A stretch of DNA of 64,000 nucleotides from Cyanidioschyzon merolae (taxonomy: Eukaryota). Positions 44,811 to 56,355 of this stretch are shown here, in pieces. Position 1 is the stretch's first letter. Every line of letters begins with the position of its first letter. The notes below the pieces were generated by a model. That model did no database searches, had not been told where the DNA came from, and was given only the letters and a program-made list of their open reading frames with translations. The stretch is from assembly GCA_000091205.1 (NCBI GenBank), contig AP006502.2; one strand, written 5' to 3'. Both the position numbers and the translations under genes were made by a program.

Positions 44811-46421
44811 CCTCCTTGCACTGCTCACTAAACAATACGTATCCTACAGGCAATTCGTATACAATCTATACCGTAAAGTTCCATCTTCATTTCGATCTCT
44901 TGCTATTTACCGCAGCAGGGGAGTGAAACAAATTTGAGTTGAAACCCATAATCGGTGCCGCATTCGGGGCAGCCTTGACGGCGACGCGGCATCCTAGTAG
45001 AGTAGGATCTATCGACGGCAAGCGAGCGAGCAAGCGAACTACTCCGTGCTATGCATGCCGTGAGGTGTCCAAGTACCGCCAGCCGGCGGTCAACACCTGC
45101 GGTACAAATAACACTGCCGCTTGACGGATGCTTCTCTGGTTGCTGATGCCCGAAGCGCATTCGGGTGTCCCTGGTCCATGGAAACGAGCTGTCGAGGGGA
45201 AACATGGTCGGTGAGCGTGCATACTGGTAACACTGACGGGCAATGTGTCGCGCGTCATACGCTCATCTGCATCAACGTCAGGTCTCGAGGAGGAAAGGCC
45301 AGGTCCGCGCGTATGCACTGTTCAGGGATTTCCGTTCCATCATTCCGATAACGATGCGCGCATGTCCAGCAGTTTCGAAAGGATGCGCATCACGCCAAGA
45401 ATGCCGCAGGCCAAAAATTTCGGTACGCATTGCTGCCGCCACTAGAGAGCCAGTTCACCGGGACGTATGTGCTAATGCACTTGTGCGGCAGGCACACGCG
45501 TTTCCGCACTTGACAGGATCTGACGCTGACGACTGCAGACGCTTCTCCTGCCCGCGGTATCACTTGAGCGCTACTTCGTCCTCGGCTCAGTTGCGAGGAG
45601 GCGAACGCATGCGCCTCTCCAGATGAGTAGCCTTTTCGTCGCTAGAAAAGAATCCCATGTACCACTGGAGTATTGTGGGGCGTGACGCTCTGAGATGTTA
45701 TCCTTGGCAATTTACAAAGTACCCACTCGAGCAAGAAATGTACGTCAAAAAACATGCGAGGCGCAGTGAACGAGGCGTGCCATTTTTCATCGTACATTAG
45801 CTACATGCGACTCGTGTGGGCGCGATGTGCAGGAAACACCTTACGGACGCTTATCATGAAATTCTCGTGACTCTCACTAGTCTCGACGAACAATCCAAAT
45901 CGTGATCCAATCGAAGCAGCAGCAGTTAGGTTTTCACTCCAAGTCGCGGGATCCGGTGATTGCTCTTCACAAGACGGCCACGCTAAGGTAGCGCACATTT
46001 TGGTTTATGGAGGATCCATGCATTGACCTAGGAGCTCTTGCATCCGCAATCGTTTTCAGCGTCCAAGGAAGCGATCCTGAATCCACTCCAGCCTCCACGA
46101 CGTACTACGATCCCCTGCCAACGCTCTTCGTCGGGAATGATCGTGCAATGCTACCAGCAGCCAGCCGGGTGCCGAACCAAACCTAGGTGCCTCCTTCGAT
46201 ACCCGATATGCCGCTCACGCACGAACGCAGGCTTACAGAGCAGCGCTCAGGCGTCTTGGGGGTACCAACTCGACGCTGTTGCCGCGCATATGACGACGTA
46301 CTGAATGCCCAACGCATCGAATGCGAAGAGGCTCCCATGCAGCCATGCATGCCGCACTGATCGGGCTATCGTCACGCGTTCAGCACCGACTCTTTTTATC
46401 GAATGGATCCAATCTCACATG

Positions 46422-47633
46422 TCATGGATACAAGTTGTGCTCGACATGATTTGCGGCCTCGCAGCAAAGTGCACGTTGGATGCGCACTAGCGCCGCCCTG
46501 GACCAATCGAAGCTCGCCAGGAACAGCGTTGAAGAGGGCATCTTGTACAAAATGCGGAGCCATGTGCCAGCCCATAGCGTCATCGGACCCTCCTCGCGAG
46601 CGATCTGGTAAATGGCCTGCCAGACGCCAGCATACTCGCCGTAGGGCCGGGCCATGAGGCGTGTACGTGCGATGTCCATCGGCATCGTGCAGATCGCCGC
46701 AACGGTGCCGGCTACGCTTCCGGTCCAGACAGGTTTGCGTCCATTACCCAAAGCATCCGCGGTCGCTATATGATGCCCATCACCGGTCTTGGAGTCCGCG
46801 TGCATGCGTCGCTGCACGAAAAACTCATTGAGCGACTCGTAGACAACAAAGAGAGACACTGCGAACGGTACGTCTCGGGCAACTTGAGCCCAAAACCCGC
46901 GATAGAGACCTCCGCGATGCAGAGGCTGTCTCGCCAACGCTCGCAATGCCGATATCGCGTTTTGATGCTGTCCAGTTTGGACTTGCTGTTTGATGACCTC
47001 TGGCGGAACGCGAACCAATGAGGCGACTGTATCCGCCAACGCAGCGGCAATCGCAATACGAACGATCGTCCTCGGTGTTGATCGCCGCACAACATCGGGA
47101 GTCGGCTCTGCAACGTGCATCATGGATTTCAGCGCTTCGTAGGTGGCCATGTAGACGGCCTGGGCGGGTGCGTTTCCGATGACCGCCACCGGGAGGCCGC
47201 GCCAGAAACCCAGTACCCCATGTCGATTGACTATGCTGCGTGCAACGAATACGAGACGACGGTGCCATGGTAACCCCCGAAGCTGTGCCATCGTGGCGCT
47301 CTGCATGTTTGTTTTGATGGTGTCCAGCGGAATGAGTACCGTTCGTGTCACGAAAGCCGCCATGACCCCCGCGGCAAAGTTCACCCACGCTGGAGCGCTC
47401 TCCGCAACTCGTGCACGCTGCACGTCGTGCACATCGTGAGCATTACGGTGCCTTACACTGCACAAGTCTACGGCTGTTCTCATCGAGCTTCGATACCTTT
47501 TCTCAATGGAGACTTGGTGTTCTCGCACCAACAGACCAGGGTGCGCGGCTGCGCGCTCGTAGCCTCGGCAAGCACGCGTCGATAACGCGGGGCTCGATGC
47601 GAACGGCAACCACTCCATTTTCCAAATGCCCAA
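46422..47633 (-). CDS. Mitochondrial carrier family (SLC25) protein
   Basis: Three tandem carrier repeats, e.g. 'AAGVMAAFVTRTVLIPLDTIKTNMQ', 'GLYRGFWAQVARDVPFAVSLFVVYE', 'WAGTWLRILYKMPSSTLFLASFDW'. Confidence 0.85.
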   Translation of the reverse strand: MGIWKMEWLPFASSPALSTRACRGYERAAAHPGLLVREHQVSIEKRYRSSMRTAVDLCSVRHRNAHDVHDVQRARVAESAPAWVNFAAGVMAAFVTRTVLIPLDTIKTNMQSATMAQLRGLPWHRRLVFVARSIVNRHGVLGFWRGLPVAVIGNAPAQAVYMATYEALKSMMHVAEPTPDVVRRSTPRTIVRIAIAAALADTVASLVRVPPEVIKQQVQTGQHQNAISALRALARQPLHRGGLYRGFWAQVARDVPFAVSLFVVYESLNEFFVQRRMHADSKTGDGHHIATADALGNGRKPVWTGSVAGTVAAICTMPMDIARTRLMARPYGEYAGVWQAIYQIAREEGPMTLWAGTWLRILYKMPSSTLFLASFDWSRAALVRIQRALCCEAANHVEHNLYP

Positions 47634-47870
47634 CGTATAAACACCCTTTTCCCTAAATGTTATGAGAATGGACGTCTAGTGCATTATCTTTGCACACTTC
47701 ATCCCTGCCGCTCTCTCACGGCACGCTGCCTACGCAACGACGATGAACGTATTCATCGATGCCACGCGCTGCGCCCGGCGCTGCGCATCCAGGAGCGCCG
47801 GCGGCGGCCAGCCGACGCGGCGCGAGACCCGCCGCAGCGTCGCGCGGCATCGCAGCGGGAGAAACTGCTT

Positions 47871-47873
<3 letters not shown>

Positions 47874-47905
<32 letters not shown>

Positions 47906-47913
47906 ACAGCAGT
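47874..47913. repeat. (CAG/CAA)n microsatellite
   Basis: 'cagcagcagcagcagcagcaacagcagcaacagcag'. Confidence 0.9.
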
Positions 47914-48149
47914 AGCGGTGGTAAACGTTGCACGGCGCGATGCGCCCCTGGTTACCCACATCGCTGCGTATGTCATGCTTCATTTCGTGTCTCATAGCGG
48001 ATGCTACGGCCGTGTTCGATTCGAATGCGACGATGAACGATTCGCGCTGATCCTGTCGTTCGCTCATTTTCCGAACTATTTTAGATGTTCAGCCTCGACA
48101 TGCAAGGTGCAGCAGTCAGAGCGTACGGCTAGGCGCCTTGTATAAGGAT

Positions 48150-49080
48150 ACTCGGTCGTCGTTCGGGGTAGCTCCTTTGGATCAATGCCGGTTGGATTCG
48201 GTACGTCACTGGTATCCATGTGATTCGCAAAGACATTGAACGAGGGTTCGCCAAACTAGCCGATATGATTATCCGATAAATATGCCCAAGCCTCCATGAT
48301 TCTCCTTTTGTCATATGCAGCGTGCTGAATCCACGCATGCTTCAAGTCTTCGACCGTTGTGTTTCGAAGAAATTCGCAGGGCGCAGCAGCTGGCGCCGCT
48401 GGATTGACGACGTAAAATACAACTGCAGGTCGTCTGCTAGCGACTTTTCCATAAGCTCACACCCGAAAGTTCACGGAACCGTTCCCGTCAAATCATCGAT
48501 ACTGATCCACGGACGAGGCCTCCTCTGTTTGTGGCCGTAAATAACATGTCAGTCTACAACAAGCTGATACCTCGAACGAAATATGCTCCCAGAGGCTCCC
48601 GTCTCTCCTGTTACGATGGCAATGGATTTTGAGCTCGGACTTGCGTCATTGGAGCAATCGCGTTGAGCGGAAAGTGCGTCACCGCTTTGCACAAAAGGAG
48701 CCTATACGCATCGAAATTGCCGGACTTGTTCTCGAGACAGGATTTTCCTTCCAGTACTTGCTTCATCATGGACAACATGGCTTCTTCGGATCCTCTGTAG
48801 AATGGAACACGTTGGGCATAATTCTACAGCAGACAGCGTGCTCGCCGAGGGCATCACCCAGAAGAATCATGTTATGGTCGGATATTGTAAAGTGCGTGGA
48901 AACGGAGGAGAGCATTTCGGAGAGCCTCCTGTGTCAGTCAGGGGCATCTGCCGAGCGATAAAGCAAGCGTTCACGCGCCACCCGTCGACGCTGGAATTAG
49001 AAGATGTGATGGACATATGGAAACGCTTGACCACAGTCACCTGTGACCACTGCAAAGCGTGTACCGAGGCGGAATATTAA
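48150..49080 (+). mobile_element. Family-2 TnpB-like element fragment (copy B); retains the canonical zinc-finger cysteines but is truncated before RuvC-III
   Basis: '...ELEDVMDIWKRLTTVTCDHCKACTEAEY*' is homologous to copy A 'VVDMYEHLTTTKYH...CLCIKCGDN'; 5' part (48180-48400) is homologous to the 780 bp repeat; '...ETEESISESLLCQSGASAER*' vs '...ETKESIQESLPYPSIACTER*'. Confidence 0.5.
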
Positions 49081-49429
49081 GAAGATAGACATGTCGAGCG
49101 AGGCTTCGGTCGCAACTTCCGCCTTTGCACGAAATTCATCGACAACGTCCGAAAGTAGTGAAATCAGAGCGTTCACACCGCCGCCAGCTCCCTGCAAATG
49201 CTGACGACGGATCTAAAGAAACAGTAGAAACAGGCGCATTCGTAGCCAGAGATCACAAGGACCTAAAGGAAGCAGTCGAAGAAAAAGCTTACAACGGCTG
49301 ATGTTGATAACAATGTTAAGAGAACCAGTGTTTCATGTGTATGCCCAAGTCAGGTAAGTTGAGCCTTTCCATTTGCTATCGACATTTCGCGTTGCCACTG
49401 GATGCATACGCATACGCGGCGCTGTGCAG

Positions 49430-50095
49430 GTGCCCAACACCGCAGGAGAACTCGAAACGCCGCCCGCATCCAATCGATTTGGGGAAAGCGCCGGCCAATA
49501 TAAAAGACTGCATAATTCAAGAAAAAGCATCCAATCGATTCGGGGAGCAACGACGGCCAATGTAAAAGACTGCATAATTCAAGAAAAAGCATCCAATCGA
49601 TTCGGGGAGCAACGCCGGGCAATATAAAAGACTGCATAATTCAAGAAAAAGCATCCAATCGATTCGGGGAGCAACGACGGCCAATGTAAAAGACTGCATA
49701 ATTCAAGAAAAAGCATCCAATCGATTCGGGGAGCAACGCCGGCCAATATAAAAGACTGCATAATAAAAGACTGCATAATAAAAGACTGCATAATTCAAGA
49801 AAAAGCATCCAATCGATTCGGGGTGCAACGCCGGGCAATGTAAAAGACTGCATAATTCAAGAAAAAGCATCCAATCGATTCGGGGTGCAACGCCGGGCAA
49901 TGTAAAAGACTGCATAATTCAAGAAAAAGCATCCAATCGATTCGGGGTGCAACGACGGCCAATGTAAAAGACTGCATAATAAAAGACTGCATAATTCAAG
50001 AAAAAGCATCCAATCGATTCGGGGTGCAACGCCGGGCAATGTAAAAGACTGCATAATTCAAGAAAAAGCATCCAATCGATTCGGGGTGCAACGCG
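49430..50095. repeat. Minisatellite: ~10-11 tandem copies of a ~62 bp unit ('gcataattcaagaaaaagcatccaatcgattcggggagcaacgacggccaatgtaaaagact') with 16 bp sub-repeat expansions ('ataaaagactgcataa')
   Basis: Directly visible periodicity; the ORF track shows phase-shifting repeated pseudo-ORFs (62 is not a multiple of 3). Confidence 0.9.
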
Positions 50096-50195
50096 CACGG
50101 GCACCTCATACACAGATCCGCCGCCAGCGATTGATGCCGAGGCGCGTCTTCCGATCCTAGTCAACAGGCTTCCAGGGCTACGCGCTCTGCTACGA

Positions 50196-51395
50196 GTGCT
50201 TTCTCCCTGGGCGGAGCAGAGGTCTTTGTGTGAGCCATTCACGGGAGTAATGGCCCCTGTCCCCCGACCTGGACCGCTGTCGCCGAGTTCTCGGGGGAAG
50301 ACGAACGCTGCGGGTGAGGAGTGCTCACTGAGTGGCAGCTGCGGACCCGAAGCCTGCACACGTCGGCGAGACGATCGCGTTGCAAAACCGGGACTCTCCG
50401 TTTCTTGTCGCTGGTCTGTTTCCACTAGTCCTGGATCAGCGAGCAAAGTCATAGAGGTGGTCGGAGACCGCGCTCAGGCCACCGTGTTGACGAAAGAGTC
50501 TCGAAGCGTACTCGGAGGCAGCCCGAGTAGTGGACGGCTCTTGCCGTGCCTCGGCTCCGGCAACGGGGTGCCAGGCCAGAGCACGGCGCTGCCGAAAGGC
50601 GCTCCTGCTCGTGGCGCTGGGCGCGAACACCTGGAGCAATCTTTCCTTGACTTTGGGCAGCGGAACGGTGCGGGACCGGTGACTTGCCCCGAGTGCGGAT
50701 GTACATATGTGGTAGGTGTTGCCGCAGACGAACGCGCGCATACCAGCGAACATCAACTGTTCCTTTATGGGGTTCCAGTGACGCACCCTCGCTTCCTCGA
50801 CGCTGCGGTCGATTTGGGCAAAGCCCCTGAGCAGCAGTGGCCCGCGTTTGAGCGCATCCCGGGATGGATTGTGCACGTCAGTACGAGCAGAGGCAGAGCA
50901 AGCGCTGCGCAACACCAAAACAGATCAGGAAATATCCTGCACGTCCAACAGCCATGGTTTAAGACGCTCTGGAGATTGGCCTGTAAGGATTGGAGTGCTC
51001 ATGCGGAAGCATCGGAGCCTACGATACCTTTTGGTACGGAGCTTTCAGAAGCGGTTCCACCAATCTGGATCTTTGTCTATATTGGCAGACAGCGCCGCAA
51101 TGCCATCGGACTTGTCGTCGCGCGTGCCCTGACGCTACGGGAGCCATTAGACCATGTGCGGCAGGAGGCACCCTGGTGTGGACTCGAGCGTGTCTGGGTC
51201 CACACTGCATATCGTCGATGCGGGGTGGCAACCGCTCTCGCGGACACAGCACGAGCACATGTCTGGGCTGCAACAGTGGTTCCGCGCCATCGCTGCGCGT
51301 TCACGGAACTGACTACCGCCGGTGATGCATTTGCAGCTGGGTACGTCGGTGGTCGGGATCGAATTCGGTTGTACAAACCTACAAAGCACATATAG
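50196..51395 (+). CDS. Eco1/ESCO-like cohesin N-acetyltransferase (zinc finger plus GNAT)
   Basis: 'CPECGCTYVVGVAADERAHTSEH' resembles the Eco1 C2H2 zinc finger; C-terminal 'IGLVVARALTLRE...RVWVHTAYRRCGVATALADTA' is a GNAT acetyl-CoA binding region. Confidence 0.55.
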   Translation: MLSPWAEQRSLCEPFTGVMAPVPRPGPLSPSSRGKTNAAGEECSLSGSCGPEACTRRRDDRVAKPGLSVSCRWSVSTSPGSASKVIEVVGDRAQATVLTKESRSVLGGSPSSGRLLPCLGSGNGVPGQSTALPKGAPARGAGREHLEQSFLDFGQRNGAGPVTCPECGCTYVVGVAADERAHTSEHQLFLYGVPVTHPRFLDAAVDLGKAPEQQWPAFERIPGWIVHVSTSRGRASAAQHQNRSGNILHVQQPWFKTLWRLACKDWSAHAEASEPTIPFGTELSEAVPPIWIFVYIGRQRRNAIGLVVARALTLREPLDHVRQEAPWCGLERVWVHTAYRRCGVATALADTARAHVWAATVVPRHRCAFTELTTAGDAFAAGYVGGRDRIRLYKPTKHI

Positions 51396-52188
51396 TTTCC
51401 AAGGGCGATATGTGTTGCTACCTTTATCGAGGACGGCTTCTTCTCCGTTTGATGATTTTGTAGAGCGTGCGCGGGGGTCAATGGATGGTGCTATTTTCAG
51501 ATGCTGCGCTCCTGCAGTTCAGGTCGAGTTTCAGTATCGAGGGACAAGGGGTGCAGTGGAGGCGTCCCGGCATCAAGCGAGCCCTGGTTAGCGCGTGGGA
51601 GTCAATGTCCCAGGACGGCGTTCCGTGACGTGTCGCGCGGGTATCCACGGTGATCCTCAGAGATACTCGGCGAAAAAGGTAAAGTGGCGAAATAAAGCCT
51701 CGTTCCTATCGCCGTCATAGAGAGTGATTCAGAGCATGCTCTGGGTGTTTTCTGTGTGCAATGGACCCAGGGTAACCTTCATGAATGGGGAAAAGCGGCG
51801 CGCGGACCTGGGCCGCACATGCCGATGCAACGCTCGTCTTCGACGCCTCTTGAGTCGCTGCGTAAGGCACTCTAGTGATCTGACTGAGTGCATGACAGAT
51901 GCATAAAAAATCTTCAAACAATTCAGTGAAAGATATGATGCGGCGTGAAACGCGAGCCTCACAGGTATCGAGCCGTACTTAGCTGCCGTTCATGATCCCA
52001 GCATCACGAGCAACATCCAGAGACACGCGGGAATCCCCCATTGGGCCTTGCACGCTTCCGAAGTAGGACGATGCAGGGTATCCCATTGTACAGCCATCAA
52101 ATCTTACAGCACTAGACGAGCGGGGTAATCACGCTCCGAGTACTCATCCTTGTCCGCCTTCACGAGAACAATGCCGCTCGATAGCAGT

Positions 52189-54036
52189 TCAACTAGTCAC
52201 TGCATCCTGGCCCTGATCCGCATCATCGGATATATCGAGGCCATCAAGCAACTCATCGAGACTCACACTGGGATAGTCGTCAGACTGGTCTGCATCCGTG
52301 TCTGCTTCAAGCACCGCATACGCATTCATTCCACGCTGTCCGTCGAAACGATTCGCATTCTGAACATTTCGTCGACTCTGACCTTGTGCTCGTTCAGATG
52401 CAGTCCACTTCCGATCCCCAGGATAGCGAATCCCAAGTCGTCCGAGACCATCCTCCACAAACTTGGTGGGATCTTTGTACAGATTCACCGTCGCTCGAAG
52501 CTCCGGATCCTGTTCCAGCTCCTGCATAAACTCCTCACGATCGCGCTCCAGAGCGACATCGCGCTGGTCCCGTTGTCGCCCAGTGACGCGAGCGCCTTCT
52601 CGCAAGGCATGCCGATGCTCACCAACATCGCCATCATCTTTGGGAAGCTCGCGCAAAGTCCATATCCGCTGCTTGGTGCGATCCCTCTGGGGATAACCTC
52701 GCTTCACGAGAACGATTTCCGGCAGTGTCGCTTTCAACGAATCGCTTTGCAGGGATTCGAACAAGTCGCTCTCATTCAAATTGGCCGAAACTAGATCGTA
52801 ACCGAGCACAAGGTCACCCGCCTTGAGAATGTTTCCAAGGTGTGTGCGAACCAAAAACTGTTGATCATTCACACCCAGGTCTGCAGCACGAGCAACCGTT
52901 GCGTCTGCAAGGCGAAATCGCTGGTCCAGGTGCCCGCAGCTAGTCGCCGCTGGATCCCGCTCCACAGGTTCCACATCGAGCACCACAAACGCTGTGAGGC
53001 GACGCGCATTCATCAATGCTGTTAAGCCGAGGCGCCAGTAGGTGGCCCCGTCGATATGGTGCTCAAACCCAGTGAGCGGATCAAGCAGACGAATCTGGTT
53101 CGTGATCCGATGCACGAGCAGGAGGCTGGAGAGTCCACCCAGTTGCGTCGCAACTCGTGGTGGCAGATACACCAGATCCTCGCGGCAAATTGGTGGTATT
53201 TCCGCTGAAAACGTATACTTGTATCGATACACGTTGTTGCTGGGGTCATGCGACACCAGATGATTGCTCTGACGTTGACGAACACAGGCAACGTTATGCA
53301 GAAAGCTCAGGAATTTGAGCGCGTGTGAACGATGAACAAAGTAAAAGTCGAGTCCATCCTTCTGCTGTCGAATGCCTAAAACATCCTCGTGAGCGTTGTG
53401 CTTCAGAATCAACTGCTCAAGATAGAAGAGCGTTCGCTTGTGGTCTACGCGCTGTCGGAGCTGGACGACGGCTTCCCAAGCCTCGATTTTCGCAGCTTCC
53501 CGTTTACAGTCCGCGCACTGCTGGAGTTCCACTACGAACTCAACGATAAACGATTGTTCGAGAATGGTGCGGTTCAGGACTTCGTCCTGTACGGTTAAGC
53601 GAAGTCGGATGCGCCGCGAGTGCGGCTCCGTCCATACAAAAGCCGCATCGACAAGGTGCAGCTTCACAAGCCGCTTCAGTCGCTTTAGACAGATCGTCAT
53701 CAACTCCTTTGATTCAAGATCCGCACGGACCCAAGTTTTCGGTGGAACAAGGTAGCGACCACAGAACTTGCAGTACACCAGCGCACACTGCTTCGGGAAG
53801 CCCTGCGTAAGGTCTACCTGACTCCGCAAACAGTGTACGCACATGTTGCTCGGGTTGGCGGTAATTGGCGCCCCGCAGAGACAACATAGAATCGTGACTG
53901 TCGATTGGTCCTGAACTGAAGTCGTACCCATGGTACGCGACAAGTTCCAACGACCACGAAAGTCGTCGAACAAAGTCAGAGCAAGCGCCTGGAACGACTT
54001 GGCTGCTCCACGTCGCCACAGGCGCCTGCAGGGCAA
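52189..54036 (-). CDS. NMD3: NMD3 60S ribosomal subunit export adaptor
   Basis: N-terminal cysteine clusters 'ILCCLCGAPITANPSNMCVHCLRSQVDLTQGFPKQCALVYCKFCGRYLVPPKTWV' are typical of NMD3. Confidence 0.9.
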   Translation of the reverse strand: MPCRRLWRRGAAKSFQALALTLFDDFRGRWNLSRTMGTTSVQDQSTVTILCCLCGAPITANPSNMCVHCLRSQVDLTQGFPKQCALVYCKFCGRYLVPPKTWVRADLESKELMTICLKRLKRLVKLHLVDAAFVWTEPHSRRIRLRLTVQDEVLNRTILEQSFIVEFVVELQQCADCKREAAKIEAWEAVVQLRQRVDHKRTLFYLEQLILKHNAHEDVLGIRQQKDGLDFYFVHRSHALKFLSFLHNVACVRQRQSNHLVSHDPSNNVYRYKYTFSAEIPPICREDLVYLPPRVATQLGGLSSLLLVHRITNQIRLLDPLTGFEHHIDGATYWRLGLTALMNARRLTAFVVLDVEPVERDPAATSCGHLDQRFRLADATVARAADLGVNDQQFLVRTHLGNILKAGDLVLGYDLVSANLNESDLFESLQSDSLKATLPEIVLVKRGYPQRDRTKQRIWTLRELPKDDGDVGEHRHALREGARVTGRQRDQRDVALERDREEFMQELEQDPELRATVNLYKDPTKFVEDGLGRLGIRYPGDRKWTASERAQGQSRRNVQNANRFDGQRGMNAYAVLEADTDADQSDDYPSVSLDELLDGLDISDDADQGQDAVTS

Positions 54037-54362
54037 CGCGTTGCGCTGCTGTTAACGCGCTCCTGTTCGGCCAGCCGGTGTCTTCTCCAGCGAACGCGTC
54101 CGAAAGAGGTTTCACAGGGGGGAGCGATTGGTTCTCGTGACCTCTAGTCTCCTATTGAGCAAACAACATAACAGCGCTGGCCGGAAGCTGTTTGGGTCAC
54201 AAGGGATCTGGCCTCTTGATAAGACAAGCTACGCGCGGGAACCTTTTGGGAAGCGTTTGGTTATCAAGGGAACGGACCTCTACGTAAATAAGCTGCGCAC
54301 GGGAACCTTTTGAGAAGTGTTTATTCTGCAAGGGAACTGGGTACGAGCTCAGCAGTGGGTAC

Positions 54363-56351
54363 GTGGCGGCCTGCTGCATTCTAAAAGCGTCTGAAGGTGG
54401 CATGTCGGCGGTACACGACAAACAGCTGCCGGATGTCGGAGCGCCAGACAGGGAGCGTTGCTCGGAACCGGCCACTTTGAGCGTTTCGCAGCCGGAGGTA
54501 GTCTCCGAGAAGCAGTCTGCCGGTGAAAAGCGTGAACACGTTGTAGACGTGGCTATGAGCGCTGTGAACGAGGCGCGGAAGCTGGCTAGAATTGAGTTTC
54601 GGCGCTCTTTGCAGAGAACACTGGAAGAGCTCGCTGAGGAGGTGCCTATCTTTGGGCGCCTGCTGGCCTTTGAGCGAGCGCTAGACATGCGCGTCGCCAG
54701 GGCTCTTCAGCGGCGTGACGAGCGAGCAGCGGCAGCGCTGCTTCTTGAAGCCGCTGACCGAGGCGACCAGCTGGAGCAGGCAAGGCTGCCGGGGAACGCT
54801 CCGGCTGCTTCGAACAGTGGCTTGGCGTTCCCGTCTGTAGCGCAGTATCCTCGGAGAAGGTGTACCTTTCGTCTTTTTGTCTACAATACTTTTGAGGGCC
54901 AGGAGCCAGCGACGGGCGATGGAGCAGAAGAACGCACCCCCAGCTGGGTGCTTCGTATCCACGGCCACGTTCTCAACGGACCGCAGGTCGCAGAGCTCGC
55001 GTTCACTTCAGTCTTTGAGCGAGTTGTGATTGCAGTAGACCCAGATAACCATTTTCAGCAGGCTGAAACGATCGAATGGAGGCAGTCGCTGGTACCTGGC
55101 TCGCAGGTCCTCGCTGGCTCTAGATTAGAGAGCGCTTTCCCCAACGCGGATGCGCCGAGCGCTGGACCTGAGGCGGCACAAGCTGCCTGCAACCAAGGCC
55201 AACCGCGTCCTGGGCAGCGCACTGAAGCTCAACACCCAGCGGCAGCAGCAGCAGCAGCAGCAGCAACCGCAGCGGACGACTCCATAGCAGATGGGATCGA
55301 ACTGCGCCGCTGCGGACAGCAGCCGGTTCCAGTAACGATTCTGCTGTACCTGCGACGTTATCCACCAGTCTATCAGTTGTCGCCGGAGCTTGTGGCGCTT
55401 TTAGGGGTTGAGCAAGACACGCTCGCCGGAGTACTAACGACGTTCTGGCATTATATCCGGCGCCAGGGTTTGATGCACCCGGAGCGGCCGGGGTTTGTTT
55501 TGCTGAATGAAGAACTGAGGCGCATTTTCGGATGGAGCAAACACGAGCCCACCTCTGCGCATGAGTCACACCAGGAGAACGAGCGCTCCCCGAATCTACC
55601 TAGACCCGAACGAACTGAGGAGCCTATCGACGACGCGTTCGAGGGCTCGGTGCCGATGATGCCGCTTCACGTCATTGGAGAGCGTTTGCGCGAGCATTTG
55701 GGGCCTGCGCCTCCCCTTGAGCTGCACTACACGATTCAGTTTGATTCACCAGTCGAGCATGATTGCTACGATATCGAAATCGAATGGCCAGATGCCTTGC
55801 CGATGGACGTCTGCACCGAGCGAACTGGAGCGGAGATCGCATCTTCCGGGCATGTTTCGGAAAAGAATGCAACAGCGAAACCTCTTTCAGCACCGGGTTC
55901 TGCGGGTCTCGTCGGCAGCGAGCGACCATCCGAAGATACCGACAAATCGGGGGACCAACGCGCTCCGCTGCACTTTGGAAGATGTTCGCTATATGCAGGA
56001 AGCATTGAAATCCAGAAACTGCAGCAGCAATTCGAAGAGACGCTCGAACGCATCCATGCTGCGTATTTACGACGTGATTTTTATAGGAGTTTCGCCAAGG
56101 CCCCCGCAGCGTTCCTGCGTGACCTCATTGTCAGCCAGGCACGGGACGCTCGCCTCGTTCGAGGCCAGTCGGGCCGAACCATCGAAGAAGAGCGTCGTTC
56201 AGGGCTGTACTACCAGCAGTGGCTCCACGAGGCGATTCCACGGTACCTGTGGCGAACGTTGCGCTCGCGGGAGCACCAGCATCGCCAAGTCCAATACGCG
56301 GCAAGCGAGGCGACCAAAGCAGCATCTCCATCGGCATCTCCAACAACCTAA
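54363..56351 (+). CDS. SWI/SNF complex BAF60/SMARCD-like subunit (SWIB/MDM2 domain)
   Basis: SWIB domain 'VTILLYLRRYPPVYQLSPELVALLGVEQDTLAGVLTTFWHYIRRQGLMHPERPGFVLLNEELRRIFG'. Confidence 0.75.
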   Translation: MAACCILKASEGGMSAVHDKQLPDVGAPDRERCSEPATLSVSQPEVVSEKQSAGEKREHVVDVAMSAVNEARKLARIEFRRSLQRTLEELAEEVPIFGRLLAFERALDMRVARALQRRDERAAAALLLEAADRGDQLEQARLPGNAPAASNSGLAFPSVAQYPRRRCTFRLFVYNTFEGQEPATGDGAEERTPSWVLRIHGHVLNGPQVAELAFTSVFERVVIAVDPDNHFQQAETIEWRQSLVPGSQVLAGSRLESAFPNADAPSAGPEAAQAACNQGQPRPGQRTEAQHPAAAAAAAAATAADDSIADGIELRRCGQQPVPVTILLYLRRYPPVYQLSPELVALLGVEQDTLAGVLTTFWHYIRRQGLMHPERPGFVLLNEELRRIFGWSKHEPTSAHESHQENERSPNLPRPERTEEPIDDAFEGSVPMMPLHVIGERLREHLGPAPPLELHYTIQFDSPVEHDCYDIEIEWPDALPMDVCTERTGAEIASSGHVSEKNATAKPLSAPGSAGLVGSERPSEDTDKSGDQRAPLHFGRCSLYAGSIEIQKLQQQFEETLERIHAAYLRRDFYRSFAKAPAAFLRDLIVSQARDARLVRGQSGRTIEEERRSGLYYQQWLHEAIPRYLWRTLRSREHQHRQVQYAASEATKAASPSASPTT

Positions 56352-56355
56352 ACCT

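Noticed and set aside
49430-50095. 62-bp tandem array as a CRISPR array
   Set aside because: The genomic context is eukaryotic. The units are contiguous near-identical copies with no unique spacers. There is no cas gene, and units vary by internal sub-repeat expansion, typical of a minisatellite.
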